This document shows, piece after piece, positions 1-10,136 of a stretch of DNA of 56,444 bases. A program made the translations under genes and the position numbers. The DNA lies in the IMG/VR virus record IMGVR_UViG_3300037585_004733, positions 1 to 56,444 of that record; one strand, 5' to 3'. This DNA comes from a virus. Its lineage: Duplodnaviria > Caudoviricetes. The notes under the pieces are model-generated. The model searched no databases. It was not told the origin of the DNA and saw nothing but the letters and a program-made list of their open reading frames with translations. Position 1 is the first letter of the stretch; every line of letters begins with the position of its first letter.

Positions 1-111
1 AAAATGGAACAATAGATAAACCAACTCCTGAAGAAGAGTTAGAATCTATTAAGTTGCAATATCAAGATTCAATAGAAAAGCAGCAACAATACGCTGCTAT
101 TGCTCAAAGAT
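1..111. repeat. Terminal direct repeat, left copy (circular assembly overlap)
   Basis: 1-111 is identical to 56334-56444, and an ORF reads across the join. Confidence 0.97.
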
Positions 112-162
112 GTTTGGGGGCGATTGAAATTCTCGAGAGATTAATCGGAACCGAGGATACTA

Positions 163-309
163 GTGAGTGATTCACTTAAAGCTATAGTGACTAGTACCGG
201 AACTATATTAGTTAATGTATGGGAGCTAGTCCCTGAGGCACTAGGAGTTGTATTGATCGTAATGAATATAATCTATATATGGCTCAAAATCAAGAGATTA
301 ATTAAATAG
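163..309 (+). CDS. Small membrane protein, holin-like (48 aa)
   Basis: Manual translation from GTG: MSDSLKAIVTSTGTILVNVWELVPEALGVVLIVMNIIYIWLKIKRLIK; hydrophobic with a basic C-terminus; tiles between neighbours. Confidence 0.6.
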   Translation: MSDSLKAIVTSTGTILVNVWELVPEALGVVLIVMNIIYIWLKIKRLIK

Positions 310-317
310 GAGAGAAT

Positions 318-1103
318 ATGCCTAGAAAAAAGAAAAGTGCCGTTAAGAGGGCAATAGTAACCCCAGACAAGCACTTCCCTTTGGCAGATGGTCCAGCTAT
401 GAATGTTTTAGCACAGGCTATCGAATTAGTAAAACCGGATATTTATATTGATTTGGGAGATGTAGGGGAGTGGCATGGATGTTCACATTGGCAATGGAAA
501 AAAAAGAAAAGGCCTCCATTAGAATATCAGATGCCTTTTATACAAGAGGACATTGAAGATGTGAATGTTGGGATGGATTTTGTTGATAGAGCTTTAAAAA
601 AGGCTGGCTGTAAAGAGAAGCATATGATTGAAGGTAATCATGATGCATGGATGAATAATTTTGTTGATGAGCATCCATATCTTGCAGATCGCTATCTATT
701 CAAGAATGCTGTTAATCTTGAAAAGCGTAAATATCATTATACTCCTAATAGTGAATTTCTAACTATTGGAGACTTAAACTTTTATCATGGCAATCAATAT
801 GCCGGTATACAGCATACCAGAAATCACTTACTAAGATTAGGTTGTAATCTTATGTATGGGCATCACCATGATATACAGCAATCATCAGTTACTCATCTTG
901 ATGGATCTAAGAGCGCTTGGAGTATTGGGTGTTTAAAGGATATGAGTAAAGAGAAGAATGCATGGATGGGTGGTAGACCAAATAATTGGTCTCATGCTTT
1001 TGCCATAGTAGACTTTTATGATAAAGGCAATTTTACTGTTCAGATAGTATCTATTGCTGACGGTAAAACAAGTTTGTGGGGAGAAGTATTGGATGGTAAT
1101 TAA
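318..1103 (+). CDS. Calcineurin-like metallophosphoesterase
   Basis: Motifs PDKH, LGDVGE, GNHD, YHG and GHHH in canonical order; GGAG RBS. Confidence 0.9.
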   Translation: MPRKKKSAVKRAIVTPDKHFPLADGPAMNVLAQAIELVKPDIYIDLGDVGEWHGCSHWQWKKKKRPPLEYQMPFIQEDIEDVNVGMDFVDRALKKAGCKEKHMIEGNHDAWMNNFVDEHPYLADRYLFKNAVNLEKRKYHYTPNSEFLTIGDLNFYHGNQYAGIQHTRNHLLRLGCNLMYGHHHDIQQSSVTHLDGSKSAWSIGCLKDMSKEKNAWMGGRPNNWSHAFAIVDFYDKGNFTVQIVSIADGKTSLWGEVLDGN

Positions 1104-1360
1104 TGGATATTTTTGCTATAATAGAGAAATTTGGTATACCGGTAGCCGTAGCAATGGCTTTCGGATTCTTTATATGGAAGCAAAACAAATTTATCCAGGA
1201 TACCTTAATGGAGGAGTTGGAAGAAAGTTTTAAGAGGCTAGAGGGTATTATCATCCAACTTATTAATCAACAAAAGAAAATACAAATAGAGCAAAAAGGT
1301 ATTGAAAAATCCTACAAAGCTCTTGTAGATATAGTAACTAAACTAATAAAGGAGAAGTGA
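1103..1360 (+). CDS. Membrane protein with N-terminal TM helix and coiled coil (holin-like)
   Basis: FGIPVAVAMAFGFFIW hydrophobic segment; TAATG coupling to the upstream gene. Confidence 0.6.
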   Translation: MDIFAIIEKFGIPVAVAMAFGFFIWKQNKFIQDTLMEELEESFKRLEGIIIQLINQQKKIQIEQKGIEKSYKALVDIVTKLIKEK

Positions 1361-1361
1361 T

Positions 1362-1661
1362 ATGTTTGGGACTTTAACAGCATTAGCAACAAAGCAAGTA
1401 GCTGCTTACGCAGGAATGGGTGTAGCAGGTATAGCTACTGCATATATTTTAAAGAAAATACCTAATAATCGCATTAAAGCTAAATTCGGCTCTTGGATGT
1501 ATAACCTTGGAGTCTTTTGTACTTTGGGACTATCTAAATGGAAATGGACTAAAACCGTTTGGAATAAAACTGTTGAGCCATATTGCATTGATCTGATTGA
1601 CAATATTGTTGTGACTGGTGTTGCAAAGTTCGTTGAAGGTCTTCGTTCGGATAATGACTAA
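1362..1661 (+). CDS. Membrane-associated hypothetical protein (possible lysis accessory)
   Basis: Hydrophobic N-terminal segment; position among small TM genes. Confidence 0.55.
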   Translation: MFGTLTALATKQVAAYAGMGVAGIATAYILKKIPNNRIKAKFGSWMYNLGVFCTLGLSKWKWTKTVWNKTVEPYCIDLIDNIVVTGVAKFVEGLRSDND

Positions 1662-1785
1662 AAAAGAATCTAAGCCAAAGACTCGAAACTGGAAAGATTA
1701 TGATCAAGAGAGTGTATTATTATATTCCTATTTAAAGAAAAAGGGAAAGCATAAGCGTGCCGAAGAAAATAAAAAGAGTAAATAA
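1654..1785 (+). CDS. Small basic hypothetical protein (43 aa)
   Basis: Manual translation MTKKESKPKTRNWKDYDQESVLLYSYLKKKGKHKRAEENKKSK; fills the gap between neighbours. Confidence 0.35.
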   Translation: MTKKESKPKTRNWKDYDQESVLLYSYLKKKGKHKRAEENKKSK

Positions 1786-4700
1786 GTTTGAGAAAGGATT
1801 AATTAATAATCCTGATAAGCGTGACATACCGGAAGGTGGTCTAGCTAATGCTACAAATGTAATGGTTGATATCCCTGGCCAAGTTAGGCAGATGGGAAAC
1901 GAAGTTACGTCATATGTATTAGGAGCCGATAATAGTTCGCTATCAGGAGCATTAACTCCTGGTTACGGTACGCATGTTTTAAAAGCAGATCATAATATGG
2001 TCAACTTTAATACTCAAGCTGCAAAGATGATTATAGTGCAAAATAATCAAGACTTTAATGTTATTGGCAATGGGATTGAATATGCAGATGAAATAGATAC
2101 CGGATGGACTGGGTCACAAATTAATCCTACCTTTTTTGATTTTAATGGTACACTCAGAGTTTCCCAAGGAGCGTTTAATCATGATGATCATGAGAATTAT
2201 GTATTTACACATATAAATAAAGTATGGTTTGCAGATGCGGTAGATTCTGCTGATGCTAATGCAGGTGCAAAGAAAATATATGCTCATGGGAATACAAGCG
2301 GAGGTTATGGAGGAGCTACATCAGGTGACTGGATAGATGTTCCTCAGCGGATTAAAAGGCCTGGTGACTCTCTGTTAACAGAAAATGATGCAATTACTTC
2401 TAGCGCCCTGCCAATTGTGCCGGGCAGGCCTTATGTAGATATAGAGTGGACTAATGCAGAGAATGTTGGTGATAGCGGAGAGTGGCCTAGTGATACAGCT
2501 TATAAATTTGGTATATCCTATTTATATGATGGTATTGGTGAGGTTCTCCAAGAGTCATTAATTCATGTATGCGCTAATACAGTTAATCCAAGTGGAGACT
2601 GGGGAGATGATAATGGTATTCTTGGCATAAAAATGGGGTTTGTGGCGGATACTGGCATTGATATAGGCGCTGCTCCCTCATATGACCCTAGAATAGTTGG
2701 CGCACATTTATATTGGTGCGGCGATAGTACCGGAGATTTTGATGATCCATTGCTTATAGCTAAAGCTGATTTAATAAAATCTATAGTTACAACACATGAT
2801 GGTGAAGAAGCTTTAATGGATTATGAACAAGTTTCAGGCACTATTTATCGATATGGCAATAATATTACTACCTCTGGGCATTCTCATTTGCTATGTAGTA
2901 AGATTCCTACTACTACATATGAAGCTCAAACAACATTTCCTTCAACTGTTGAAACTAATTATGCAAGGTTTAAAACTGCTGTAATTTCTAATAGAAGATT
3001 ATATGCGGCAAATGTACAGAGATATAAAGAGAATAATATTGGGAATATAACAGCATTGCCAGCAGAAAATGATAGGATGCTAGTCTCTCCTGCTAATAAT
3101 ATGGACTTACTTCCTAGCAGTGATTATTTAGATATTGCCACTCAAGATGGAGATGCAATAACGGCGTTAGCCGCACTTGGTGATAAGATCCTGCAATTTA
3201 AAAATAATACTTTATATATTATTAATACATCTCAAGATTATGAATATGTTGAAGCAGAGCATAAATTTCTAGGAGTTGCATCTCCGTATGGAGTGATGAA
3301 AACTGAATTTGGGATTGTATGGGTAAATACTAATGGATGCTATATTTATGATGGCAAAGAAGTAAAAAATTTAGTAGATGGAAAGATTTCATTAATTAAA
3401 GATTCTACTCCGACTCTGATTAATGGAGAAAGTAAAGAAATGGAGATGCCTGGCTGGTCTCAATTTATAACAAACAGTCAGTATGGTCAGGTTGGATATA
3501 TAACATTAACTAAGCAGCTTGTTGTATTTGATTCTCCATATGGAACAACAAATCATTCTGGTGATATTATGGTATATGATTTTAGGACTCAAAGCTGGAC
3601 ATACGGCAAGGATAGAGTTGGATTAGCATCTAGATCAAATATTATTACTGATTATATTGATGAGTTAATATATATGACTTTTGGAGATCATTCATCCGGA
3701 GATACTGTTAGCCAATATATTATAGCCGGTAATTCTGGTGTAGCTGGACAGAATCAGGTATGGACAGTCGGTGGAATAACCACTGCCATGGTAAATACAG
3801 ACATAACTACGTCAATCATTCTAGAAATGAATAATGATACTCCTATAAGTGAACCTGTTAATATCATAGCATCTGAGGTAGATTCAGATTCAAACAATAC
3901 AATGATCCATAAACTTGCTACTGCTATTAGGGAAAAATTAGGCGCATCAGTTACAGTAAGCATTATAGATGCTGGATCAACTTTGCATATTTCATATGAT
4001 AAGTATTCTTCTGATCTTGCTACATATAGTAATGAAACTCCTTTGCAATTCGATACTGATGTAGGTGAAGTCCCAGTTAGTGCGGGTACTGTTCTTGCAC
4101 ATGGGAAACATTTGATTTCATCTGATGACAATGCGACAACTCGTAAAGTATACCCTGCAATTAGCTTTGGAGAGCCAACTGGCTCTAGTGAGAGTGGTGG
4201 AGTTTCAAATGGGGCCCGTTTAAGAATGGGTTTAGCTATAAACTCATCTGTTGTTGAGGCTGATCCTCTTTCTTATGGAGCAATTAGCCCTGAAGTTATA
4301 AGTGAGATGGCTATTCAATATCCTAATAGTAGGCTTTATGATACAGTAACAAATACAGGTAGACATCCAATGTGGTCGAGTTCGACAGCTGCTTATGAGG
4401 GTCAAATGAATGCATCATGGGCCAATGGTGAGATTAAACCGGATAATATATTCGAACATGTTGACCTAGATCATGATACCCCTGAATGGGAATATTTCAC
4501 AACAATAGATGGATTTTCCCTGCCTTATGATCATTTTCATAATCCAAGTGGAGATTATAATACTCCACAGACCAGTATGTATGGGTATCATCCATCTTCA
4601 GACAAGAGGTTTTGTAATCCAGGAGCAATATGGATTAAGAATTGGTTAGGCGTACCTGGAGATGGTCAATCTGATCCTGGGACTTCTGTTTTTCCCGATG

Positions 4701-7333
4701 AGAATCTACAAACACAATCTCTCCCATCATCAAAGCCAACATATCCTAATGGATGGTATAAAACTCCACTACGCACTCTTCCCATTAACCATGATTATGT
4801 TTATAATAAGAGTCATAATATGAATGGTTTTGGATACGCTTTCCTTATTGGGCAACAAGAAACAAAGGTTGACACAGTCTCTGGCATGGGTGACAACGTA
4901 GGTGAAGATGGAAAACCACATGTAAGTACAAGCGCTTTTAACTCATGGATGGTTGCTTGCGCAGCCGATAAAGCTTATATCCTACATCCAAGCTCGGGGG
5001 ATGTATCTTTGTTTACTCACATGATGAAATGGGCTGGAAATGTATCTTATATGGATATAGAAGCTACATATATATTAAATGAGGGAAATAATATAGCTGA
5101 ACAATTTATTAATGAAAAAGTATACTCATGGGATACAGATCCTATAGGTATGTTTAAGCGTCTTGGCGTTACACAAAGTACTCAGGCAACTGCATATTCT
5201 TCTTATGCCAGTGGTAGTATACCATTAACAACGTCTACTGGGTCCTCTAACCTTGGGACGATTAGCGGTACAGGCCCTGATGATGCTGTTGTTAAATTTG
5301 CGATATCAAGAGGTGGTTATTGGGGCGACTATTATTTTGATATTAGGATGGAGAATACAGAGCCGGTTGGTTCTTTCGAATTTGGAATTGACACGGTGAT
5401 ATCATTCGGCATCCCTCAGATTACTAGGATTAACCCCTTTGACGGAGCTATTCATACATATGAATTTACGACTTCACTTGCACAAGGAAATGGAGCCACT
5501 ACTGATATATTAACAGGATCCTCCACTACTGGAGTAATTCCTCCTGGCAATCATTTTCTCTGCAAGCTCGAGGCCGTTAATATACTTGAGATGAGCTTTA
5601 ATTCACTATTTGATCCATCTCAATACTATAATCACGATATTGGGATATCTGCTATACTAGGGAATAAGGTTAATGCGAATTGGGCGAATAATCTGAATTA
5701 CGATTATCCCATTATAGAGGATACAACTCATTTAAGTGGGCAAACTGGAATTAGCCTAAATAGTGTCGAAATAGAAGGAGAAATTGAACTTTCGTGTAAT
5801 ACTGTTAATATACTTCCATGTGGCTCAAGTCCTATAAAAGGAATAGATCCGGAACTTCCATCTACAAAAGGTGACTTACTAATAATGATAGTAGGCGATT
5901 ATGGCAGTGATTTTGCTGCAGGCACGCATTATGAATTTGGATTTGGTGGTGCAAGTTATCCAGCGTTTGGGGGAGTAGAAACAGAATATAACTTCCCATC
6001 TCCGGCTTATTTAAGCTACAAGAAAGTAAAAACTTTTGAAACTACTAATGCTGCTGGCAACGAGTGGCCGGTAAATAGCGTTACTTATTTATTATTCAAA
6101 GGCGAAGACCAAGGTTCTTTGATGCAAAATCACTTTTATGAATTAGCAACATGCAAAAAAGGTTTTGGAGCTGTTGGAATATGGCTCGATCACGAAGAGA
6201 CTGCTTTTTTAATAAACCAGAATAGTTCAGCATCGTTTCAGAATCTTGCACAGGGTATTGCTCCTGCCCCTCGAATTGTTTATGCTAGATTTTCTAGAAG
6301 TTATTATGATCATAGTGCATTTTATACCTTTACGCTCGATCATCCAAATCATCCAAGTGACAATTTTAATTATACTGCAACCTGGGAATCCGGAGCTTAT
6401 AAATCTTCATTAGATGTGGCTAGTAATTTTCAGGGACAATTAGAAACTGGATTAACTAGTCAAGCTATTCATGCAATAAATTATTTAGATAATACAGCCC
6501 TTTATAAGCCGCGTTTATGGACAGCAACAGGCAGGATATCTGGTGGTGGAAATAATGATATATTCATAAGGACAGTTGGTGCTGATGATAATTATCATGA
6601 TAGTAATGTAGATTTATCACTTGAATTAAGAATAGGAGATACATTTAAGATAAGTAATGCTCCAACAGCAACCAAGGAATATATAGTGGCTAATGTAGAA
6701 TATGGAGTTGGCGTAAATATTATTACGATTAAAACGTCTGGAGAAGGAATACCTGCTGGGAATATTGCAACAGAAGCAGAATTTTTTGCTGAGGGTGATG
6801 GGACTATCACATCATCAACAATAGTTTTACAAGAAACAAACGTACTTTCTAGCGGAGAGGGCTTTAGTATAGACGGGAAAGTACATACAGACCTGATGGT
6901 TAAGGGCTTTAAAAATGATAGTATATTTATACAAAGTCAAGAGGCTAAAGAAGGATCGATATTAATAGAAACTCCTGATTATATTCTTAACCAGGAATCG
7001 TCTAAATCAAATGTAAATAAAGTATATGTCTCTCTTAAAGATGAGTCATATTATAATAATGGGCGTTTCAGCATGCATTATGCCACTGATAATAATGATG
7101 ACTGGAGGGTATTGTACTTTAAGCCGATTGCAGGATCTGTAGATATTCCTCCAATGCCAGCTGCTAATATAGTTGTTGGAGATATATGGGGAAACCCGGC
7201 ATTATACTTTAATGAAGATCTTTCGTCATTAAAAAATGCATCATCTATACGTTTTAGAATAATCGGAACTGATTTCCAGTCATTTAAATTAAATGATATT
7301 AATATACTATTTAGAGATAAGCATATAAGCTGA
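1757..7333 (+). CDS. Tail nozzle / tail tubular B-like protein with a very large central insertion
   Basis: N-terminal FEKGLINNPDKRDI, beta-propeller-like GIVWVNTNGCYIYDG and MVYDFRTQSW, C-terminal IETPDY...KVYVS...SIRFRI...INILFR resemble podovirus tail stabilisation proteins. Confidence 0.7.
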   Translation: MPKKIKRVNKFEKGLINNPDKRDIPEGGLANATNVMVDIPGQVRQMGNEVTSYVLGADNSSLSGALTPGYGTHVLKADHNMVNFNTQAAKMIIVQNNQDFNVIGNGIEYADEIDTGWTGSQINPTFFDFNGTLRVSQGAFNHDDHENYVFTHINKVWFADAVDSADANAGAKKIYAHGNTSGGYGGATSGDWIDVPQRIKRPGDSLLTENDAITSSALPIVPGRPYVDIEWTNAENVGDSGEWPSDTAYKFGISYLYDGIGEVLQESLIHVCANTVNPSGDWGDDNGILGIKMGFVADTGIDIGAAPSYDPRIVGAHLYWCGDSTGDFDDPLLIAKADLIKSIVTTHDGEEALMDYEQVSGTIYRYGNNITTSGHSHLLCSKIPTTTYEAQTTFPSTVETNYARFKTAVISNRRLYAANVQRYKENNIGNITALPAENDRMLVSPANNMDLLPSSDYLDIATQDGDAITALAALGDKILQFKNNTLYIINTSQDYEYVEAEHKFLGVASPYGVMKTEFGIVWVNTNGCYIYDGKEVKNLVDGKISLIKDSTPTLINGESKEMEMPGWSQFITNSQYGQVGYITLTKQLVVFDSPYGTTNHSGDIMVYDFRTQSWTYGKDRVGLASRSNIITDYIDELIYMTFGDHSSGDTVSQYIIAGNSGVAGQNQVWTVGGITTAMVNTDITTSIILEMNNDTPISEPVNIIASEVDSDSNNTMIHKLATAIREKLGASVTVSIIDAGSTLHISYDKYSSDLATYSNETPLQFDTDVGEVPVSAGTVLAHGKHLISSDDNATTRKVYPAISFGEPTGSSESGGVSNGARLRMGLAINSSVVEADPLSYGAISPEVISEMAIQYPNSRLYDTVTNTGRHPMWSSSTAAYEGQMNASWANGEIKPDNIFEHVDLDHDTPEWEYFTTIDGFSLPYDHFHNPSGDYNTPQTSMYGYHPSSDKRFCNPGAIWIKNWLGVPGDGQSDPGTSVFPDENLQTQSLPSSKPTYPNGWYKTPLRTLPINHDYVYNKSHNMNGFGYAFLIGQQETKVDTVSGMGDNVGEDGKPHVSTSAFNSWMVACAADKAYILHPSSGDVSLFTHMMKWAGNVSYMDIEATYILNEGNNIAEQFINEKVYSWDTDPIGMFKRLGVTQSTQATAYSSYASGSIPLTTSTGSSNLGTISGTGPDDAVVKFAISRGGYWGDYYFDIRMENTEPVGSFEFGIDTVISFGIPQITRINPFDGAIHTYEFTTSLAQGNGATTDILTGSSTTGVIPPGNHFLCKLEAVNILEMSFNSLFDPSQYYNHDIGISAILGNKVNANWANNLNYDYPIIEDTTHLSGQTGISLNSVEIEGEIELSCNTVNILPCGSSPIKGIDPELPSTKGDLLIMIVGDYGSDFAAGTHYEFGFGGASYPAFGGVETEYNFPSPAYLSYKKVKTFETTNAAGNEWPVNSVTYLLFKGEDQGSLMQNHFYELATCKKGFGAVGIWLDHEETAFLINQNSSASFQNLAQGIAPAPRIVYARFSRSYYDHSAFYTFTLDHPNHPSDNFNYTATWESGAYKSSLDVASNFQGQLETGLTSQAIHAINYLDNTALYKPRLWTATGRISGGGNNDIFIRTVGADDNYHDSNVDLSLELRIGDTFKISNAPTATKEYIVANVEYGVGVNIITIKTSGEGIPAGNIATEAEFFAEGDGTITSSTIVLQETNVLSSGEGFSIDGKVHTDLMVKGFKNDSIFIQSQEAKEGSILIETPDYILNQESSKSNVNKVYVSLKDESYYNNGRFSMHYATDNNDDWRVLYFKPIAGSVDIPPMPAANIVVGDIWGNPALYFNEDLSSLKNASSIRFRIIGTDFQSFKLNDINILFRDKHIS

Positions 7334-8823
7334 TGTCAAATATAAACCATTTAAATAAAACTAAAGGATTCCGGGTAAAAGTATCAAAAAAGCTACCCAA
7401 AGACAGCGAAGGCTTTGATGGTGAAATACGCGTTATTGTTAGAGATGGAGTATGGTTATACTTTAAATATGGACACTCTTGGTATAAGGCATCCTCGCAA
7501 AGCACAAAGGTAAGTGGCAGAGGAGGCAATACTCCAATAACTATGAGTGGAGTGTCAGGTAATACAGCTACACAAATTAATAGCCGGAATAATCAATTGG
7601 AGATGAGTGATAATATTAATTTAGGTACTAATGCTATGTCTTTTAATGGGAGGGGTAAGGGCATTAAGTTTGAGGACAGCACTACTGCAAGAGTAGATGT
7701 AGCTAATACTAAAATTGGGACCCTTGGTAGAATGGTACTTACTGATAATCAATTAGATGTAAGTAGTGGAGACTTAACAATACAGACCGGTTCAGGTGGT
7801 GCAGGAAATATTATTCTAGATGCCTATGGAGGGTCTGTAACAATAAAAGATCCAACCCCAGCTGATTTGTCTCCAACTTTTATTTTACAGTCTGATCATA
7901 ATGGAGCATTGGGACCTCAGTGGTATACTCTTTTTGATTCTGATAGTCCAGCTGTAACTGATTATATATTTTTTGATTCTCATGTAGGTAAAAATGATGC
8001 AGATGAACTTGTAACATATGTATATAAATATGCACAAATACTTAATGTTGAGGATGGGGATGAATGTTCAAATTTTTATACTTTGATTATGGCAAATGGG
8101 ACTTCAAGGAATCTTATTACTGGAACTGGTACTGTAGGAGATTTAGTTAATGTAAGTATAGGTTATGGAGCTACATCTACAGCTACTATAGCAGGTAATT
8201 TAGATATAGATGGGGCAAAGATTACAAGTGTAGGAGCTTTAGAGATAGACCCGGGTGGAGCATTATCAGTTACAGGACAGGACCTTATTATTGATGCTGC
8301 AAAATACCTTCGCTTAGATGGGAGTGCTTCAGGGAATACATATATATATGAAGCAACTGCTGATACGGTCAGGCATGTTGTAGGTGGAACTAACGTTATG
8401 GTATTGTCTGATAACGGTGGCGATGGAAATGAAGTTGCCTTTGGAGGTTGTGCAGGGTTTACTCAACTAGAACCCAGCTATGATGCAGTAGCCACTATTG
8501 TAGACTTTAGGAAATCAAATAAACAGAATGTAACATTTGGGGCTGGAAACATAGGGCATGTCATATTTTACTTCCCTGAAGTATCAGGCAATTTTCAGCT
8601 ATTATTAAAACAGGATGGCACAGGAAGTAGAACTATTACAGGTCTTTATAAAGTTTATGCATTTGATGAAACTATTGCTGAGGGAGAAGGTCAAGTTAAA
8701 TGGGCAGGTGGCTCTGCTCCAACATTAACAACAGATGCTAATCATGTTGATATATTGTCATTTTATTGGGATGCTGAGAATGAAATAGTTTATGGTGTAG
8801 CAACATTGGATTTTCAATTCTAA
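7333..8823 (+). CDS. Tail fibre/spike-like structural protein
   Basis: Gly/Thr/Asp-rich beta composition; C-terminal QDGTGSRTIT...VKWAGGSAPTLTT...DILSFYWD domain typical of phage fibres. Confidence 0.65.
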   Translation: MSNINHLNKTKGFRVKVSKKLPKDSEGFDGEIRVIVRDGVWLYFKYGHSWYKASSQSTKVSGRGGNTPITMSGVSGNTATQINSRNNQLEMSDNINLGTNAMSFNGRGKGIKFEDSTTARVDVANTKIGTLGRMVLTDNQLDVSSGDLTIQTGSGGAGNIILDAYGGSVTIKDPTPADLSPTFILQSDHNGALGPQWYTLFDSDSPAVTDYIFFDSHVGKNDADELVTYVYKYAQILNVEDGDECSNFYTLIMANGTSRNLITGTGTVGDLVNVSIGYGATSTATIAGNLDIDGAKITSVGALEIDPGGALSVTGQDLIIDAAKYLRLDGSASGNTYIYEATADTVRHVVGGTNVMVLSDNGGDGNEVAFGGCAGFTQLEPSYDAVATIVDFRKSNKQNVTFGAGNIGHVIFYFPEVSGNFQLLLKQDGTGSRTITGLYKVYAFDETIAEGEGQVKWAGGSAPTLTTDANHVDILSFYWDAENEIVYGVATLDFQF

Positions 8824-9374
8824 TGGCAACAGTTAATCTACTACCAAATGCTGATATATCAAACAGCCCTGCTTGGACACTTTCAACAGGGACAGATATT
8901 TATGCACTTATAGATGATGCAGGTACAGGAAATGTTGGGTCTGATTCAAGTATGATTTCTGCTACTGCTTCAGGTAAGAGTTGCTCAGTAGCCTTTCAAG
9001 ACCTTGATGCAGGATTATCTGGTGCTACTATAAATTCTGTTACTGCTGTGATTGAGTGTAATAATAATGGTAGAGGGCGTACTTATGAGATAACTTGCAA
9101 GATAGGTCGTGCTGCAGGTGTGGATTATACAGAAAGTACAGGAACAGTAGCTGCAAGTATTGGTTGGTTAACAAAAACTTTCACAGAAAGGACAACCTCT
9201 GATGGCTCAAGTGCTTGGACTTTTGGAGATGTAAATGATATGAGGATGGTATTGGAATTGACTGCACATTCAGGACATGTAACAGGAATTAGTTATGCTT
9301 ATTTAACTGTGGATTATACAGCTGCTACAGCAGCAAGTACAGACAACGCAATATTTTTTGGAACTAATTTTTAA
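8823..9374 (+). CDS. Virion structural protein (beta-rich)
   Basis: Ala/Thr/Ser-rich; coupled to the fibre gene. Confidence 0.6.
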   Translation: MATVNLLPNADISNSPAWTLSTGTDIYALIDDAGTGNVGSDSSMISATASGKSCSVAFQDLDAGLSGATINSVTAVIECNNNGRGRTYEITCKIGRAAGVDYTESTGTVAASIGWLTKTFTERTTSDGSSAWTFGDVNDMRMVLELTAHSGHVTGISYAYLTVDYTAATAASTDNAIFFGTNF

Positions 9375-9378
9375 TCAT

Positions 9379-9408
9379 TTGGAAAAGTATACAACAAAGT
9401 GTTAAATT
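9379..9408 (+). promoter_or_regulatory. Putative sigma70-like promoter TTGGAA-N18-TAAATT
   Basis: Intergenic, upstream of the ejected-protein cluster; same pattern as 47974-48003. Confidence 0.5.
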
Positions 9409-9434
9409 GCGGGCAATTTTAAGGAGTAAATAAA

Positions 9435-10136
9435 ATGGTATCAAATGGACAACAAGGACCTCCGGTAACAAAAAGACAGGCGCAAAGTAATCGAAGAGCA
9501 ATTAAGCGTAAAAACTTAAGAGATGTAAGGCAATATGGTTACCAAAGCGGTGAACAAGCTCAGAAAGCTGGCACTAATTCTATGGTGGGTAGAATACTAG
9601 GATCTGGAGGAGGTATGGCTGCCTTATGGGCGTTATCAGCATTCGTGCCTGCAATTGGTATTCCTGTAATGTATGCGTTAGCTGCTGGTGCCGGAAGTTA
9701 TTATGGATCTAAAAAAGGTGAAAAGAATGTTGGCGGGTATGATATAGATCCTCTTGAAGGAAATTTATTCTACAAAGATGAAGAAGAAGATATTATAAAT
9801 GACATGAATCTCCTGCAAAATAAAGCTGATACAGCGAGAGTTAAAAATGCCGGTATTGATGCCCTTACTGCATACTTATCTGTTGGTGGTAATCTTCCTG
9901 GATTAAAAGGAGCTAATAAGCCAATCAGTCCATCAGCTGCAAGTGCAGTTGGCCCGGTTGGACCGATGCCAGCTATTACTAAGCCAGGATTTATGGATAT
10001 GGTTAAAACTGTAGGAGCTAATCTTGGTGAAAAAGCTACAGCTCCTAGTTTAGGCAATTTACTTGAATCTGGTAAAACATTAAGTGCAATCCAAGCTCCA
10101 TTTAGTATTTATAATTATACTAAGAATGATAAATAA
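9435..10136 (+). CDS. Putative DNA-pilot/ejection protein
   Basis: Gly/Ala-rich hydrophobic helices, no Cys, first gene of the internal-protein cluster. Confidence 0.55.
   Translation: MVSNGQQGPPVTKRQAQSNRRAIKRKNLRDVRQYGYQSGEQAQKAGTNSMVGRILGSGGGMAALWALSAFVPAIGIPVMYALAAGAGSYYGSKKGEKNVGGYDIDPLEGNLFYKDEEEDIINDMNLLQNKADTARVKNAGIDALTAYLSVGGNLPGLKGANKPISPSAASAVGPVGPMPAITKPGFMDMVKTVGANLGEKATAPSLGNLLESGKTLSAIQAPFSIYNYTKNDK

Noticed and set aside
1-111. 111-bp terminal repeat as a biological DTR
   Set aside because: It lies in the middle of an ORF and is best explained as assembler overlap of a circular contig.
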